Below are positions 1 to 13,859 of a DNA stretch of 64,000 nt, in pieces. The position numbers were made by a program, and so were the translations under genes. The stretch lies in NCBI GenBank assembly GCA_032718475.1, contig JAUCBJ010000564.1, forward strand, positions 1 to 64,000. The letters are read 5' to 3'. The notes below the pieces were generated by a model that worked only from the letters and a program-made list of their open reading frames with translations, searched no databases and was not told the DNA's origin. Each line of letters opens with the position of its first letter. Positions within the stretch are counted from its first letter, which is position 1. This stretch comes from Nemertoderma westbladi (taxonomy: Eukaryota > Animalia > Xenacoelomorpha).

Positions 1-1364
1 ATGATAATGAAAAATCACCACAAAACAAATTGATTTTATGACCATATAGGTTCTTTGGGATGGTGATCACGAATATGACACTGAAATATATCGTACATTG
101 TTAATTAGGTCATTTTTGGATATGTGTCAATGTGCGGCACGAAAAATACTAGTAGCACTAATTTGATAATCAAAATCAAAACGCATTACCAAATCAACCT
201 GATATTTAGCCATTAAGGGTGTTCACGTTCAGGGACGCTGATCACGAATATAACACTCAAAAATATCGTATTGTCCAACCACATCCGATTTTTGCCGTTT
301 TAAACTTTAAGCTACTTGTAATTTTCGTCCCTCATGACAAGCACCAAAAATGATTGTTGCGTTACCATGAATCACTTTTAACGAGTTACATCGTGATCAG
401 CGACCTTGAAAACCAATATAGCTTTAGAATTACCAAACCAAAGGCACAATTGAACAGTTTATAATTTTTGTGCTACTTGTAATTTTCATTCTGGGGCACC
501 AGAATGGCACCAAAATTGGGTTTGAATCTACCAGAAATATTTATAACTAGTTTAATCGTGATCAGCGACCTCGAAAACCCGTATGCGTTCCGTTCAGAAT
601 TATTATACCATATACCATATTATACCATATAAATGATTATACCAAACACAAAATGTTTTTAGTTTGAAATTTTTTTACTTGTACTTTACGCCCTGGAGGA
701 ACAAAATAACACCAAAAATGATTGTGGGATTACCAGAAAATAGTATTAACAAGTTTTATCGTGATCAGCGACCTTGAAAACCCTTGGGGCGTTCATAAAG
801 TATGTCACGCAAATTTTCCAGTTTTTTGACCCCCCCCCCCCCCCCCACCCTAGACGAAAAATATTTTCTTACAATAATTTAATAACAGTTAGAAAGCACA
901 ATAGAAAGTGAAACATTTTGACTGAAGTAGTTCTTACTAAAAGCCTATACATACTTTAGCAGCTTCAAACTACAGTACTGTACATGTACAAGGCAGACTA
1001 GACAGGGGTGTCCTGTTAATGTTAGGGATTAAATTCAATGTTATTGAGTTTATTGTTTTTTCCTTAAAGTTTCCCACTCATCTACAAATGTGTTAGTCAA
1101 AGTCAAGCTAACATTAAAGCATACCGTAGAACATCGCCGTGACCGTCACAAAAGTCAACCCCCCCCCCCCCCCCTGTCACAAAATGTCACGCAAGCTCGA
1201 CCCCCCCCCCCCCCCCCCCCCCTAGTGCGTGACATACTTTATGAACGCCCCTAATACAGTAAAAATTGTAATTTTTGAGCCAAGATCTAAAAAATCTCTA
1301 AAATGACCCCCCCCCCCCCCCCGGCCAATCACGTTGTCAAATAGCCCGGGCCAGATAGGGTTAA
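1..1364. mobile_element. Right part of a non-autonomous DNA transposon with a piggyBac-like end
   Basis: Motif TCGTGATCAGCGACCT(T/C)GAAAACC recurs at ~391, ~556 and ~759, with inverted degenerate copies at ~50-75 and ~225-250. The segment ends ...GGCCAGATAGGG|TTAA at 1360-1364, a piggyBac-style terminus plus TTAA target. The left end is outside the window. Confidence 0.45.
786..1251. mobile_element. MITE with 25-bp perfect TIRs, probably PIF/Harbinger-like, nested in the element above
   Basis: GGGGCGTTCATAAAGTATGTCACGC at 786-810 and its exact reverse complement at 1227-1251, followed by TAA. Internal poly-C tracts, no ORF. Confidence 0.8.
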
Positions 1365-2560
1365 ACTACCATTTAAGGATACAAGGTAGAGATGCGCCCT
1401 GGCTGTGGCTAGTATGAAAATTACTCTAGTTAGACCACATTAAGTTAACAGATTGAACCACTGTGCCAAGGTAGGTGGTAAAGTAGTCCTGGAGTTGCGA
1501 ATTGTTATATTGTGGATAAAGTATACAATGTAACTCATGGATAATATATATACTATCACGGCTGGTATTTCGCCTTTGGAGAATTTTAATCCAATAAATA
1601 TTAAAAAAATATATAAATTGCAATTCTTTAATGACATGTATTCATATCGTAGTATCTAACTTTCTGACCCACTTAACCAATAAAACGAACATAAGGACTA
1701 AAGATTTAGCCAATTACGACTTTATGAGAATTCTACATTCATTCTCTTTGAAGTTGAAATAAAGTAGAACCAGAATTATAGCAACAGTTTGTTAGAAACC
1801 ACGAAAGTTCCCCCGTAGAGTAGGAGAAAAGGTATATAAAGTGTATAATGATTAATGATGTGTAACTGGAATACGAATACATTCCACCCGCACTTAGCTA
1901 TGTGCGGCGTAGAAATTATCGTTGAGAGATATCGAAGTGAGTGCGAGCGAGAAAAAGATATTGTGCAAATTGGTTGCTGTTAGAACAGCATATGGGATCC
2001 CCCACTCTCATATTAAATGTTCAATCAGCGATAAATGAATATGAAAATGACAGACAAATGGAAATTCGTAGAATAATCCAAGAAATCGGACAGAAAAACA
2101 ATAAGAAGTTAAGCAACATGAACGAGTGGCAATGAAAAGGGGAGAGTTATACAATAATAAGAACAAAAGTGAACAATAATAACGAAGGAAAGAGATGCGA
2201 TAAAAGGATGGGCAAGTGAGAATAGGGGGAAGCGAACGGCAGTAAAGGAGCACCTAAATGGGGTTTGGGAGATGCACACCTTAGATTTGTGCGGAGAAAT
2301 CTCGCCTATTTGCGACTCGGACTCATATATATCGCCGTAAAGAGGATGGATTTCTTTCTTCCGGTTTTTATCTTCCTCGCGTTTAATTCGCTTCGCCTCC
2401 ATCTCCTCTTCCCTCTGAAATTCCTATTAATTAATCATTTCACACGTAACGTTGAGAACAGGGACATTTCGCTGGGAGAAATATATATTAATAATAGAAT
2501 AAAACTGAAATGAGCTAATTATATTTAAGTAAATTCCGCAACATTCCACGTTACTCTTAC

Positions 2561-2653
2561 CTTTTTCTTTTTTCTTAATGTCACTTTGACGCCATCAGAA
2601 GATATGGTGATGTTAACATTTTTTTTCTTGACCCCTTTCGCCTTGAATTCATA
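2561..2653 (-). CDS. NOS1AP: NOS1AP/CAPON coding exon 3 (PTB domain): YEFKAKGVKKKNVNITISSDGVKVTLRKKKK
   Basis: Minus strand tctttcag|TATGAATTC...AAGAAAAAG|gtaagag; 93 bp, phase 0/0. Matches the NOS1AP segment YEFKAKNIKKKKV...DGVKVILKKKKK. Later exons were not recognised in the window. Confidence 0.93.
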
Positions 2654-2871
2654 CTGAAAGAGTAGAAAAGATAGAATTAGCACGAGCGAAATCAAACACA
2701 GTACTAAAGTTCATGTGACACTGGGGATACTGGCAATGAAATGTTCGACCTTGAATTACTAGACCGACTTGACTGGGTTACCGGTAGCGGTAATGTTAAT
2801 GTAAATTGTTGATTGCAAGTTTAAGACATGATAAAATGTGTTTCGTTGTTAAATGTTAAATAATAGGGTCT

Positions 2872-3835
2872 AATAGGGCTGGTGCGCGAAAAAAATGTTG
2901 GGCTAGATAGAAACAATCGAATACGGGGTAACATGGTGTCCTAAATCGAGTGGCGGGGTGTGTTTATTGTAAAACACGTGGAAACGGTCGAAATTGCGGG
3001 TTTTTAAGTAAACCCGGGCAGTCAATTTAGAAAATCGGCTGTGATTGGCTGCAACATATTTGATGTCACTACGCAGTGCTCTGATAATTTCTTATCTTGG
3101 TTTCTATGGAGGGTGATTTTAGATTAATTCAAATACACATTTAATCTCAATCATTTCACACGTGGTTTATATCAATAGAATGCGGAGAGTCTTGCGCGTC
3201 TTTTAAAACTACAATTACTTAAATTCATGATCATGAACATTGATATAATACTAGTTGCAATTTTACAAACTTGGTAGATTGCCTGACCCCGCATGCAAGC
3301 ACTCACCAACTCAGCCTTAGCCACCGATTACATTGCAGTATCGTAGAAGGCCTATTGCAGTATTGTTGCTTAATTTCATTTTACGCTATCTTAATGACTC
3401 AAGCTGTAATAACTACTGTAATACTACTTGCATACCGGTCAGGCAATCTGCGAGTTTATAATTGTGAATTGATTCATTTTATAAAAGTTCATCACCATGA
3501 ATTTAATTAATTGTAGTGTCAAACTCTCCGCTTTCAATTGATATAAGCCATGTGTGAAAATATTGAGAATAAATGTGTATTTGAATTTATCTAACATCAC
3601 TCTCCATAGAAACCAAGATAAGGACTTATCAGAGCACTGCGTAGTGACATCAAATATGTAGCAGCCAATCACAGACGATTTTCAAAATTGGGTTCCCGGG
3701 CTTACTTAAACCCGCCACTTCGAGTGTTTCCACGTGTTTTTACAAAAAACACACCCGCCATTCGATTCAGGGTACCTTGTTACCCCTTATTCGATTGTTT
3801 ATAGCCCAACATTTTTTTCGCGCACCAACCCTATT
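2872..3835. mobile_element. Foldback MITE with ~400-bp imperfect terminal inverted repeats
   Basis: Starts AATAGGGCTGGTGCGCGAAAAAAATGTTGGGCTA (2872) and ends TAGCCCAACATTTTTTTCGCGCACCAACCCTATT (3835). Arms stay alignable inward to about 3270/3455, e.g. GATGTCACTACGCAGTGCTCTGATAA and its complement. Lies in NOS1AP intron 2. Confidence 0.85.
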
Positions 3836-5823
3836 GAACCACAATCGCTATGCACATATGAATGGATACAATGAGGCCAGCCCTATGCATGCACTCATAG
3901 TGTCATAACATACAATAAGTTGGAAGTGAGGACGCCAAAACAAGGCAGTAATTTGGAATATTTAAATCAAAGTATAAAGAAAACATTATGGAAAAAGTCT
4001 ACCAAAAACGGCCATGCGCATGTGGGTCACAAATAACAAACAATAAATATAACCATGCAATGCATTACAGTATCATTCCCAGCATTAGGTTGGTGTGCTC
4101 GTGCGTGCTATATTAAGGTTAAGGATATATATATAATATATATAAACAAGCAACCATAATAAACTGTACTGCTAGAATCCAAGAATCACAAACCACAAAG
4201 AAATATTATATATTATATGTATGTATAGTACAGGTATATACTGTATAGTACAACATGTACATAGTACCGGTAAATAATTAATTATATATTTTTTTGATAA
4301 ATCATGGCAGTAGACCACATATAAATAGCAAGATGCGAATGGATATCTGATCTATAATTGATAGATTATTGTTTAGTTTCCGATGCCAAATATTAATTAA
4401 TATACACATAATTAACTACAGTTTTTTAACATAAACGAATGCTTCATTCCTACGTCAGATACAACTTTGGAACGGAAACTATTGCAGTGAGGATACTTGC
4501 CGTATATAGTGCAAGTGCAGCACACTTGCTAGTATTTTACAGTATTGTGATCTTTATGATATAGGCCTAAAGTATTTCACACTAAGGTAAAATTAAAATA
4601 TTAATTACAATCAAAGCAAAGCGAAGCATATACCGGTACCGGTATGTCCTTTTGCATCTCAAGCGTAAACCAATGGGTGATAGACGCAGAAACTGAAGAG
4701 TTATAAATCGCTTACCCTAATACTACGCATAGTCGCGACTATTTCCACTCTGGTTTTGGGCCGCGGACAGTCCCTCGACCCAATCCACTGTGCAGCGGTA
4801 CATCACAAAAAAACTTTATATAAATCTTATACAACAACGATACCCCCCCCCCCCCCCCCCCCCACGTCACGATTCTAAATAAAACAAATATATTAAAATG
4901 TTAATTTACATATTAAAACGGTACGTACATGGTTGTTTAAGTATAAATGAATTGATTGTTCAATGTTTTTCAGTTTTGTATCGATACGAAATATTATTAT
5001 TTATTTTCAAATATATTAATTATCATACCGGTAATTAATTGTATCTACCAGACCAAGACATAGCCACACTTCGCATTTTAACGATTGTTCATCCGAATGG
5101 TATATTACTTAATTTAATTCAATTTTTCAACTGAAATAGACTGGTATTCTTCACATAGGCACTGTATGTACTAATCTTAATATGTAAATTTTAAATACTT
5201 TTAATATATATATCACTGAAGACGTGTAATACCGTACACGAAATGGTCATATGCTAAAAGAAATAATGTTCTATTTAGAATCGTGGCTTAGACCCTTAGG
5301 CCTATAACACCAACATACCTCGATTTTAATAAATACTATTGGCTAATATGTGCATTAATAAGTTTACAACCTCGCAAATAAAATGATTTAACACAAACAC
5401 ACAAGACATAACATACCGAAAAAAGCATTCACCTATAACACTGTTTAAATACTGGAAATCAAAATAAAGAAATCTTGAAAACCTATTTATTTACTTATTA
5501 ATAACGGATTTTTAAGATTGAAATTAAAAAATGGTTCGAATAGGATCTTTTCGAATGAGGAGATCATGGAGATAGACTCTAGAGAGTGTCTCAAAGTGTG
5601 TGCGAATCTAATAATTTGTGACTATATAATGGGTTCTAAGACTAATTCATGCACTAAATTTACGTGGTTTGGGGCTATTTTAAACATTTATGTAGGATAG
5701 ACAAGACATACATTAGGTTAAACATGTTAATTACGTGCTGATTCTCTATTATTAACAAAATTAGGCCGAAACGCCCAACACGGGGGAAATCTAAACTTCT
5801 ATGTATGATTCGTGACTCCTTAC

Positions 5824-5895
5824 CCGTACACGTCTCATGGCAGCCACTATTTCTGATCTGTTCGAGGGGCGAGCAATGTCCAACGTGCCTATGTA
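5824..5895 (-). CDS. NOS1AP: NOS1AP/CAPON coding exon 2: [24 protein letters not shown]
   Basis: Minus strand tttcttag|TACATAGGC...GTACGG|gtaagg; 72 bp, phase 0/0. Matches NOS1AP [24 protein letters not shown]. Confidence 0.95.
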
Positions 5896-6083
5896 CTAAG
5901 AAATTAAGAATCGTTATATAATTACTGTATACAGACAGATAATGAGATATACACACATTTTTGCACATTCTGACATAGGATTTGCATAGGGCCCAACAAA
6001 TACTGAAATAGGACCAACATATGTAATATGTAGGCACAACAACAACAATACTCGAGTTGGACTAGAGCAGAGGTGGTACAAAT

Positions 6084-6200
6084 TAGGGATGCAAAAGAGC
6101 TCCGGCTCCGGAAATCCAATTTTCTGGCGCCGGCTCCGGTTCAATTTTCTGGATCCGGCTCCGGCAAATTAACCCGGAGCCAATACGGAGCTGATGTAGT
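6084..6200 (+). mobile_element. Probable hAT-like transposon left end with GGCTCC subterminal repeats
   Basis: Begins TAGGGATG, followed by clustered CCGGCTCCGG/GGAGCC motifs. No matching right end found. Confidence 0.3.
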
Positions 6201-7039
6201 TGAAATTCGAATTAAAATAATAAGTTTTTCTGATGTATGAATAATGTAAATATCATAGTAATTACTGAATTAACCCTAGTAATTAACCTTAATTAGGTAA
6301 TTAATCCTGATAACCCCCACCCCCCCCCCCCCCCCCAGGTGAAATTGTATAAATATTTGTACAAAAACATTGAAATGATTCAGTTAATTTAATTAATATT
6401 CTTCCCTAATTAAAAAATCTTAAAAGTACTATCTTTTCGTTCGTCAGTCTCGGACCCCCAACCCATTGCCCCTTTAAATACCGTTTAATCAGGCAAAGGG
6501 ACACTTAGAATTACATGGAAACAATATATAGTATGAAAACTATATATAAGTTAAAATTTTAAAAATTTAAGTTCTGAAAATTACATCTGTTACAACCAAA
6601 GGTATCCGGATAACTATGCTTTGTATTTTTACTTGACCATTGTTATACTGCTTTGATATTTACATGGTGGAAACCTTTAATTACCAAATAAAATCTATTA
6701 AAACGTATGTTTTCTAAAATAAGGTCAAGTGAAACAGAAAAAGGGGTAAAGTGGAACATTACATCATTGTCAATTATCATTCGGTGTGTTTACTATATTT
6801 ATTCCTAGGCCTTATGTACTGGCTGACCGGTAGCATGAATGCCTTGGTATGCCTACCCTACACGCTACACATATATATATGCTTTGGTTCTATAATATAG
6901 TAGGCCTACTGTAGTAGGCTTCTAATTTTCCTTTATTTGATAATTTAGCTTAATGTATAAACAACAAGACTAATAAACTGCAGGTATCTGGTATGAGTGG
7001 TATATATCTTTGAACTGAAGCCTATTCCATCCAACAAAC

Positions 7040-7200
7040 ATGGTCAGATTTTACAAGCACATACCTGGTGCTGGTATCAAGATTTAGCGTGATCACCGTG
7101 GTAATTATCGTGATCAAGATGTTGAGAGGGCTGTTCGAGCCATGTTCAGATGTTGGCTGGCTGGGAAAACATATCGGGAGATAGAGCCAGGAGTTCCATA
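7040..7200 (+). pseudogene. Possible relic of a pogo/Tigger-like transposase N-terminus (HTH_psq)
   Basis: Conceptual translation across frameshifts gives MVRFYKHIPG...GNYRDQDVERAVRA...GKTYREIE.EF, resembling pogo N-termini. Cut by the RTE insertion. Confidence 0.3.
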
Positions 7201-10200
7201 CTACTACTACTAGGTCGAGCATACTCGGACAGTGGAAATGAGATCCTTCCAGGCTTCCCGATTCTCCATAGTTGTCGCAATTTCGTTTCTCCCAAGTTCA
7301 GTATCCCTTTCAAGTTGATCTATATATGTTATGGCCGGCCGTCCACGACTACGCTTTCCATGAGTTGGTTGCCAGAGAAGTAGATATGCTATGACCTCGT
7401 CTTTACTTCGCCAGCAGTGCCCACTGAATCTTAATCTGCGTTCACGGAGGGTGGTTGATACAGGTGGAATTGTACCATAAAGCTCGGCGTTTGTCATGTG
7501 TTGTCTCCAGCTGATGTTTAGGGCTGCCCTTAGCAGTCTTGTGTAGCAACCATCAATTCGTTGTTCAAGTGATTTAGTCAGTGTCCAGGTCAATAAAAAT
7601 ACACTTTCCACTGTGGCTCAAAAGAACTTAGTCTTCAGGTGCCTGGAGAGATCTGATTTCCAGATGGTATCCATTTTTGATAGAACTAACCAAGCCTTTG
7701 CTTGCCTAGCTTCTATGTCCTTTTTGCTACTCTCTATCCATGATCCAAGGTACTGGAAGTCATCGACCTTCCTTAGTTGATTATTATCAATGGTTGTCAA
7801 GTTTCCATCAACATTAAAGGTCATGAATTCGGTCTTGGTAGCATTTATATGCAATCCAACCTCATTAGCAGCCCTCTCCACTTTATTTAGTAGAAGCTGT
7901 GCATCTGCTAGAGTATTAGAGAGCAGGGCAAAGTCATACGCAAAGTCGATGTCTGTGACTTTAGTTGCCGGATATCTACTACTTCTGTGTTCTTGAAGTG
8001 TGAATCCCATCTTCACCCTTTGAGGCCATCCTCATTGCGTAATCCAGCACAATTACAAATAGTAATGGTGCTAATGTGTCACTTTGCAGTACGCCAGCCA
8101 GGATTGAGAAAAACTCAGTTTCACCATCTGGTGAGAGTACCTGCGCTTCTGTGTCACAATATGACAATCCAATGCCAGCAACAATTACTTCTGGTATTCC
8201 ATAAGCTCTTAGGATTTCAAGCATTTTACCTCTAAGGATGGAGTCGAATGCCTTATTGAAGTCCACAAAAGTAATGACTGCGGGGAGATTCTTTGACTTA
8301 ATTCCTTCAATCAGTCTCCATAGTGCAAGTATCTGAGCTATTGTTGATCTACTTGGTCGAAATCCATTTTCGCTCATACGCAGTAGTTTCTATATGTGAG
8401 CATGAGGCCTAATCCTATATAGAATCATTTTATTGTATATTTTGGCAGCTACCACAAGCAGACAGATCCCACGATAGTTTGTTGGTATGCCGAGGTCTCC
8501 TTTCTTGGGGAGAGGCTTTAGTTGACCTTTAGTCCAAATTGGTGGTGGCTATTCTCCTTTAAACATCCGGTTGCAAACATTCAATAATGGTCTGTTTAGC
8601 ACTCCGGTTTTCCATACCTCGGCTAGGATTTCATCTAATCCACTCGCTTTATTATTGGACATGCTTTTAATGCTTCTTTGGAGTTCGGCAGGTGTGAAGT
8701 CCCCTGTTTCTATAGGTAGTGTCTTGTCATATATTTTCCTTGTAGGGCTGACCTCGATGTTTGGTGGCTGCCCAAGCAAGTTGCTGAAGTGATTTTCCCA
8801 CTTCCCAACACGTTCTTCAGGACTATCGGCTTTGAGGCGCCCCTTTGCACAACTTTTCCGACCAGATACTTCATTTACAGTTTGCCAGGTAAGTCTTGAT
8901 TGTTGCAGTATGTGAGCAGCTGTAATTGCTTCAGTTTTATCCTGTATGTACTTTTCCTGGCTGATGTTGTAGGCCAATTTAAGATCGTCCTTAGCTTTCT
9001 CAACCTTGTTAATGTTTTTGGTAGTTGGTTGTTCGGTTTTAACTTTGTAGCCTATCTTAAGATTTTCTCTCGTACAAGCAACCTCAGAGTTTTGCCATGG
9101 CACTTCAATTCATTTGCCAGGTGCTTCAAATCGGTTTTGAACTTCTACTGTATAAGCATCCTTTACAGCATTGTCAGTTCTGAGTTTCTCCCAGTCATAG
9201 TTGATTTGCTTGCTTGTCCTGAGTTTGCTGGCTCTCAAACTGAGTCTGATCTCTGCAGTCACAATTCTGTGGTCCGAACCAATTAGGTTGAACGAGCTGT
9301 ATGCCTCGCAGTTTATCATGCTGTTTCTCCACTTTTTGTTTATAAGGATGTAATCCAGTTGTGCTTTGGTTCCATTAGGGTATTGAAAGGTCCATAGCTT
9401 CCCCTTACTCTTTTCGAATGTGTTGTTTGTTGGTATCAATTCACATTCTTTCATTAGGTCTAAAAGTAAGTACCCATTTCTGTTAGAACTGGTGTTATAG
9501 GTCAGTAGGTGTAACCCTTGATGTCTTCTGGGCCAATTTGCGCATTCAGGTCACCAACAATGACTTTAACATTGTGTTTCGGAATGTCCTTAATAAGTCC
9601 AGTCAGTTCTTCATAAAACTTGACTGCTTGTTCTAGCTCTGAGGCATTAGTTGGACTGTAGCAACACATGACTGTTGTCTTGGGATTCCCATCAAATGTT
9701 GCGATCATAACCCTGGAATTTATAGATTCGATGTTGTTTAGGGTCTTAAGAGCAAATGGGCTTAGCAGAATTCCTACTCCACCAATTGATGCATTGGCCG
9801 AGTTTCTTACTGCTGAGCTTGTTACTAATGTCCATCCATTTACAATATCATTGTACTTCATGGCAGTGTCTTCATGACAAATCCGATGTTCTTGGATGCA
9901 GATGATGTCGATGTTATATTCCATTACCAGAGCGACCATGTCACGCTGTTTGGTAAGTGCTTTCAGCGTGCGTGCGCGTGCGTTCATTGTAGCAATCTTT
10001 AGTGTCTTTTTACCATTTCAACAGGTTGGTTCTTCTTTCTTCTCTGTCTTCTGTTCCAGTAGCCAATTTATCGACCCCAGCCTGGTGTACCACTGAGGGA
10101 CTGGTGACCGAGCCGGTATTTCTCCTGGAGGGTTCTCATACTCATATCTTTCAGTTGCGGGAGTAAACCGCTTGTGGTCGCAACTCCTACAAGCGTCTCC

Positions 10201-10652
10201 GCAGCAGGTCGCCGTTGGCTGATTACCTTCCGCCGACCTTGTCAGCATGTCTAGCCGTTGGTTGATTGATTGCCTTCCACCTATCAATGGCCTACCGGTA
10301 CAGCCCTGCTGCCGACTGTAGGGCATGTAGGGGTCCTTTTGTTACACCCTGAACCAAGTGTGCCTCCTGGGTTACTGGTAGAGGAGCATCCGGTATAGAC
10401 AGGGCGGGGCTTGCATCATCTATAATGCAGATGCGTATCAAGCCTTTGCCTTCAATGGTGCCCTAGGCGTTATAGCCCTCAATGACTTATTTAGTTGACG
10501 GGGCTAAACCAACCCACTCTTGATCAACTGATCAACTAAATAATGAATAGGCTATGCTTATCGGGCCTGCCCTACTGGGCTGACAGCTATAGTGGTAGCA
10601 GGATCTGGGGACCTGACCTGACCTCTCTTGAGTCCTGACCTGTTCTAACCTG
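7201..10652 (-). mobile_element. Full-length but frameshifted RTE-clade non-LTR retrotransposon (APE endonuclease + RT)
   Basis: ORF pieces 9502-9987 (IICIQEHR, CYSPT, GDLN), 9110-9454 (LDYIL, SDH), 7979-8377 (DFNKAFDS, GVLQSDTLAP), 7618-8016 (FAYD for YADD, YLGS), 7210-7611 (RLRFSGHCWR, GRP). (TAG)n tail at 7201-7212. 12-bp TSD with one mismatch: AGGAGTTCCATA 7189-7200 / AGGAGTTCTATA 10653-10664. Lies in NOS1AP intron 1. Confidence 0.92.
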
Positions 10653-11345
10653 AGGAGTTCTATATACAGATATATATTTATTAATGCTAATTATAAGCTT
10701 TTATTTTTGTTACTTCTGTACTTTCAGACTTTTACTAATTTTAGTAAATTTTGCAATGTTTTTTCAGTCTTTACTCCAGTCTGCCAGTCAGCCAGTACTC
10801 TACAGCTCTATGTCTACATGTTTACAACAGTAGGCCCGGTCTGCCAGTACGCCTCGCCTATGGTTATCATTTTAACAGTGTCAATAGGCCCTAGTCTGCT
10901 AGTTCTGTACTTAGTGTTTACTATACTGCTATACACTATAGACAGATAGACAGGGCCTGCTGCTGACCAGCAATATGAAATATTAAATTAAAATTGTCCA
11001 AATTTCTTTTTTTTGTTATTTTTTTTTTAATTTTGAGTTTTAAAAAAAATATATTATTGTTCTACTCCACCCCATACCCGCTACCATAACCTGTAGTGCT
11101 GTAGTAAGTAGAAAATAAGTATAATTCCTGAATTCCATTATTATATCCACCCACACATATGTAATTCTGTAATTATATAATACCGGTATAATATACAGAC
11201 AGACAGACAGACAGATATATAGGCCTACAATAGTATAATTATTATACATACCAGCATACACCAGTACGAGTACACACACACACACACCATACAGATACAG
11301 CCATATAAAATAGGCCTAGGCCTACAGAAATACGATTCTACAAAC

Positions 11346-11456
11346 CTTTGCTTTAAAATGAATGCCGTGCACAAAAGCTTCATCAGTGTGTAGAGGAATT
11401 CTGGAATCCTGCGCATCTTCAACTAGATCGTACTGATTGCTCTTTGGTCCTGCCAT
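11346..11456 (-). CDS. NOS1AP: NOS1AP/CAPON first coding exon: [37 protein letters not shown]
   Basis: ATG at 11456, donor AAG|gtttg at 11346. Matches the NOS1AP N-terminus ([29 protein letters not shown]) and splices in frame to 5895 and 2653. Confidence 0.93.
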
Positions 11457-12409
11457 AGCATTATCAGCGATTGGAAGGTATTAACATTCATTTAGTCTGT
11501 TAGTTAAATTTATTACCGGTTGCGGTAACTGTTAAGTTTAATCTGTTAATAGAGAATCCATCTCCACCTACTGCCTACAGACAGACAGACGTTTCTAAGT
11601 ACTGAAGTACAGAAGTACTGGAGTAGGTACAACTACAGACAGACAGCGCTGTGGTACAGCGTACAGGCAGATAGGTACGGCACAGCTGTACAGGATTATA
11701 AACAATACCTGTCTGATTCCAGGATTCAGTTCAGCATGCAGTACACTGGTACAGCAGTGTATGTAGTACTGTAGTATAGTCCTACTGCAGTACAGCAGTC
11801 AGGCAGTACAGCAGTACTGGCAGATTGCTATAGTGTATACTGGTATAGCTGTATAGGCCTATCCCAGTACTGCAGTAGGCCTATCCAGCTATCAGTAGGC
11901 CTTTTATATACTGATATAGGCATACAAAACCAACTGTATACTGCATACTGCATTGAACCAAATGAACCTGAAACGTGGGATCGCCAGGGTTACCACATAA
12001 ATAATAATTGGTATTTATTATTAATTGCCTGACAGGTAGGTCACCCTTCCATCAGTGTTTACATGTCTAACATTCTAGGTTCACCTACTAACCTGTATTA
12101 CAATATATTATACGCAGTATCTACTGTAGCTATCCCAACACCTACACAAACTCTACTACTACACATCTGTTTATAGCTACTGTATGATGGTGACGGACTG
12201 TATTGCATATGATATGGATTAGACTTCCACATCGGCCTTGACACCACTGACTGCTGACACAGCCAGTTAATTTTGAGAGATCCATTTCGCTGCTGGTATA
12301 GGGTCATTAATAGTAGCTAATATGGAGCTAGATGGGGCGTGCTGATACCGCACCAGAGCTTCCAGAAGAAAGCTCTGGTACAGTAGACGTGGTTCAATTG
12401 TGCTATTTC

Positions 12410-12760
12410 GTCGGCCGTCATGTTTTGCAGCCATAGCTGACAGCTGGCAAAATTACACACTGCCATAGACGTTTTGCCGACTCCATCGACACTAAAGTTA
12501 GATTTATTCTAGTCGCTAGCCCGATAGAGCATGCGAGGCCTTTGTGATGTAAATATTTGAAATGGCCCCCAGGACCGTTCTTTGTTGATAGCGTGACCCC
12601 AAGGTAGTTAAACGAACTAACAAAGTCAATTTGTTACCATCGTAGTGTAATACATCATTACGTGAAAGTCGGCCGCCTCGTCGAAATTTAACTGCCCATC
12701 ATTGCCCAAATTCACAAGTCGTCTTCGCTGTGCCCTATACTTCGAGAACATCACCCGAGC
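12410..12760 (-). pseudogene. Degenerate non-LTR RT C-terminal fragment (RTE-X/CR1-group-like)
   Basis: Minus-strand translation across a frameshift: AVKFRRGGRLSRNDVLHYDGNK/DFVSSFNYLGVTLS...SAKRLWQCVILPAVSYGCKT, the K..F.KGG...YLG...LP...YG pattern. Confidence 0.6.
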
Positions 12761-13190
12761 CCAACCTGACACAAACTAGTTAATTACATTTTATTTATTT
12801 ATTTATATAATACTCAATTTTAGTGTAATTTTTAATAGTTAGTGCACATTTTAATTCCATATGTTTGGACTAATAAACCATTATTATTATTATTATTATA
12901 ACAATGTAATCACAGAAGGTCCGAACAAATGCATATTACTGTATTAATATTTAATAACGATGATAAATAAATAAATTGAAACTGCATTACCTACCGGAGC
13001 TATTAATAACCAGTAGCAATAAACTATTAACATGGCTCCAAACGCCACCATAAATATAAGCTAACTTTTTTTAATAACACAATTTATGTTATTTTTTCAT
13101 TTATTTATACAGCAACTAATTTAATTTGTGCAGTTCCTATCACTTATAATATACAGTATATACAATCATTTCGTAATGTTACAATTTTTT

Positions 13191-13354
13191 AATAAAACTA
13201 CATACATACATACTTGTTGCTAAGTACTTTACAGTGTTCTGATCCTCGTGGCTTTATTTTCACTCACTCACTAACGTTCGTTCGTGTAACAAAGCCACTC
13301 GGATCATCACACTGTAAAGTGCTACTTTTACACACAAGTATGTAAATAGTTATT
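13191..13354. mobile_element. Short palindromic MITE-like element
   Basis: Left arm TACATACTTG...CTTTACAGTG...TGATCC.CGTGGCTTT pairs with right arm AAAGCCACTCGGATCA...CACTGTAAAG...CAAGTATGTA around a CTCACTCACTAACGTTCGTTCGT centre. Confidence 0.65.
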
Positions 13355-13859
13355 TCTAATTATACTTTAGTCAGTAGTACCTTTGTGCCTGAATACAATT
13401 ATCCGTATTTTTATTATAATAGTACATACGCTTATTAGTGTACTTTTCCAGATATGTGTTCATTTTATTTTAATCTACTGTATATTTGCAAAAATTAATA
13501 TTTTATTGTTATTCTCTGATTCAGGCGATATTAATAACAATAATAATACCGAAAATGGATTCGACAATGTAATTACCGTAGCAGAAACAAACAAGATACT
13601 TTCTGATTGGGTGTGTAAAAAAAAAAGGGAATGTTGAGTGTTGGTACTGAATGTTTTACTATCGCAGCGCTCTCTCTCTCTCTCTCACTCACTCATGATT
13701 CGTTAAAATAGAATTGCGATAAAATAAATATCGCCTTGGTCGCTGGTCGCAAAACTCGCCTTGGCGAATTAATATCCCGCCTTCAATGTTAAATTCTCTA
13801 TTTAGGGAAAGGAGCAGGTTACAGTGGCACATAGAACAGGTTACAGTTTTATTTTTGAG

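Noticed and set aside
1790-2513. Short ORFs 1941-2135, 2109-2402, 2265-2513
   Set aside because: No recognisable motif or splice context; possibly decayed TE sequence but not supportable.
829-6336. Poly-C tracts as G-quadruplex regulators (also 37677-37762)
   Set aside because: Mostly within TE ends or UTRs, and homopolymer lengths are error-prone; no evidence of function.
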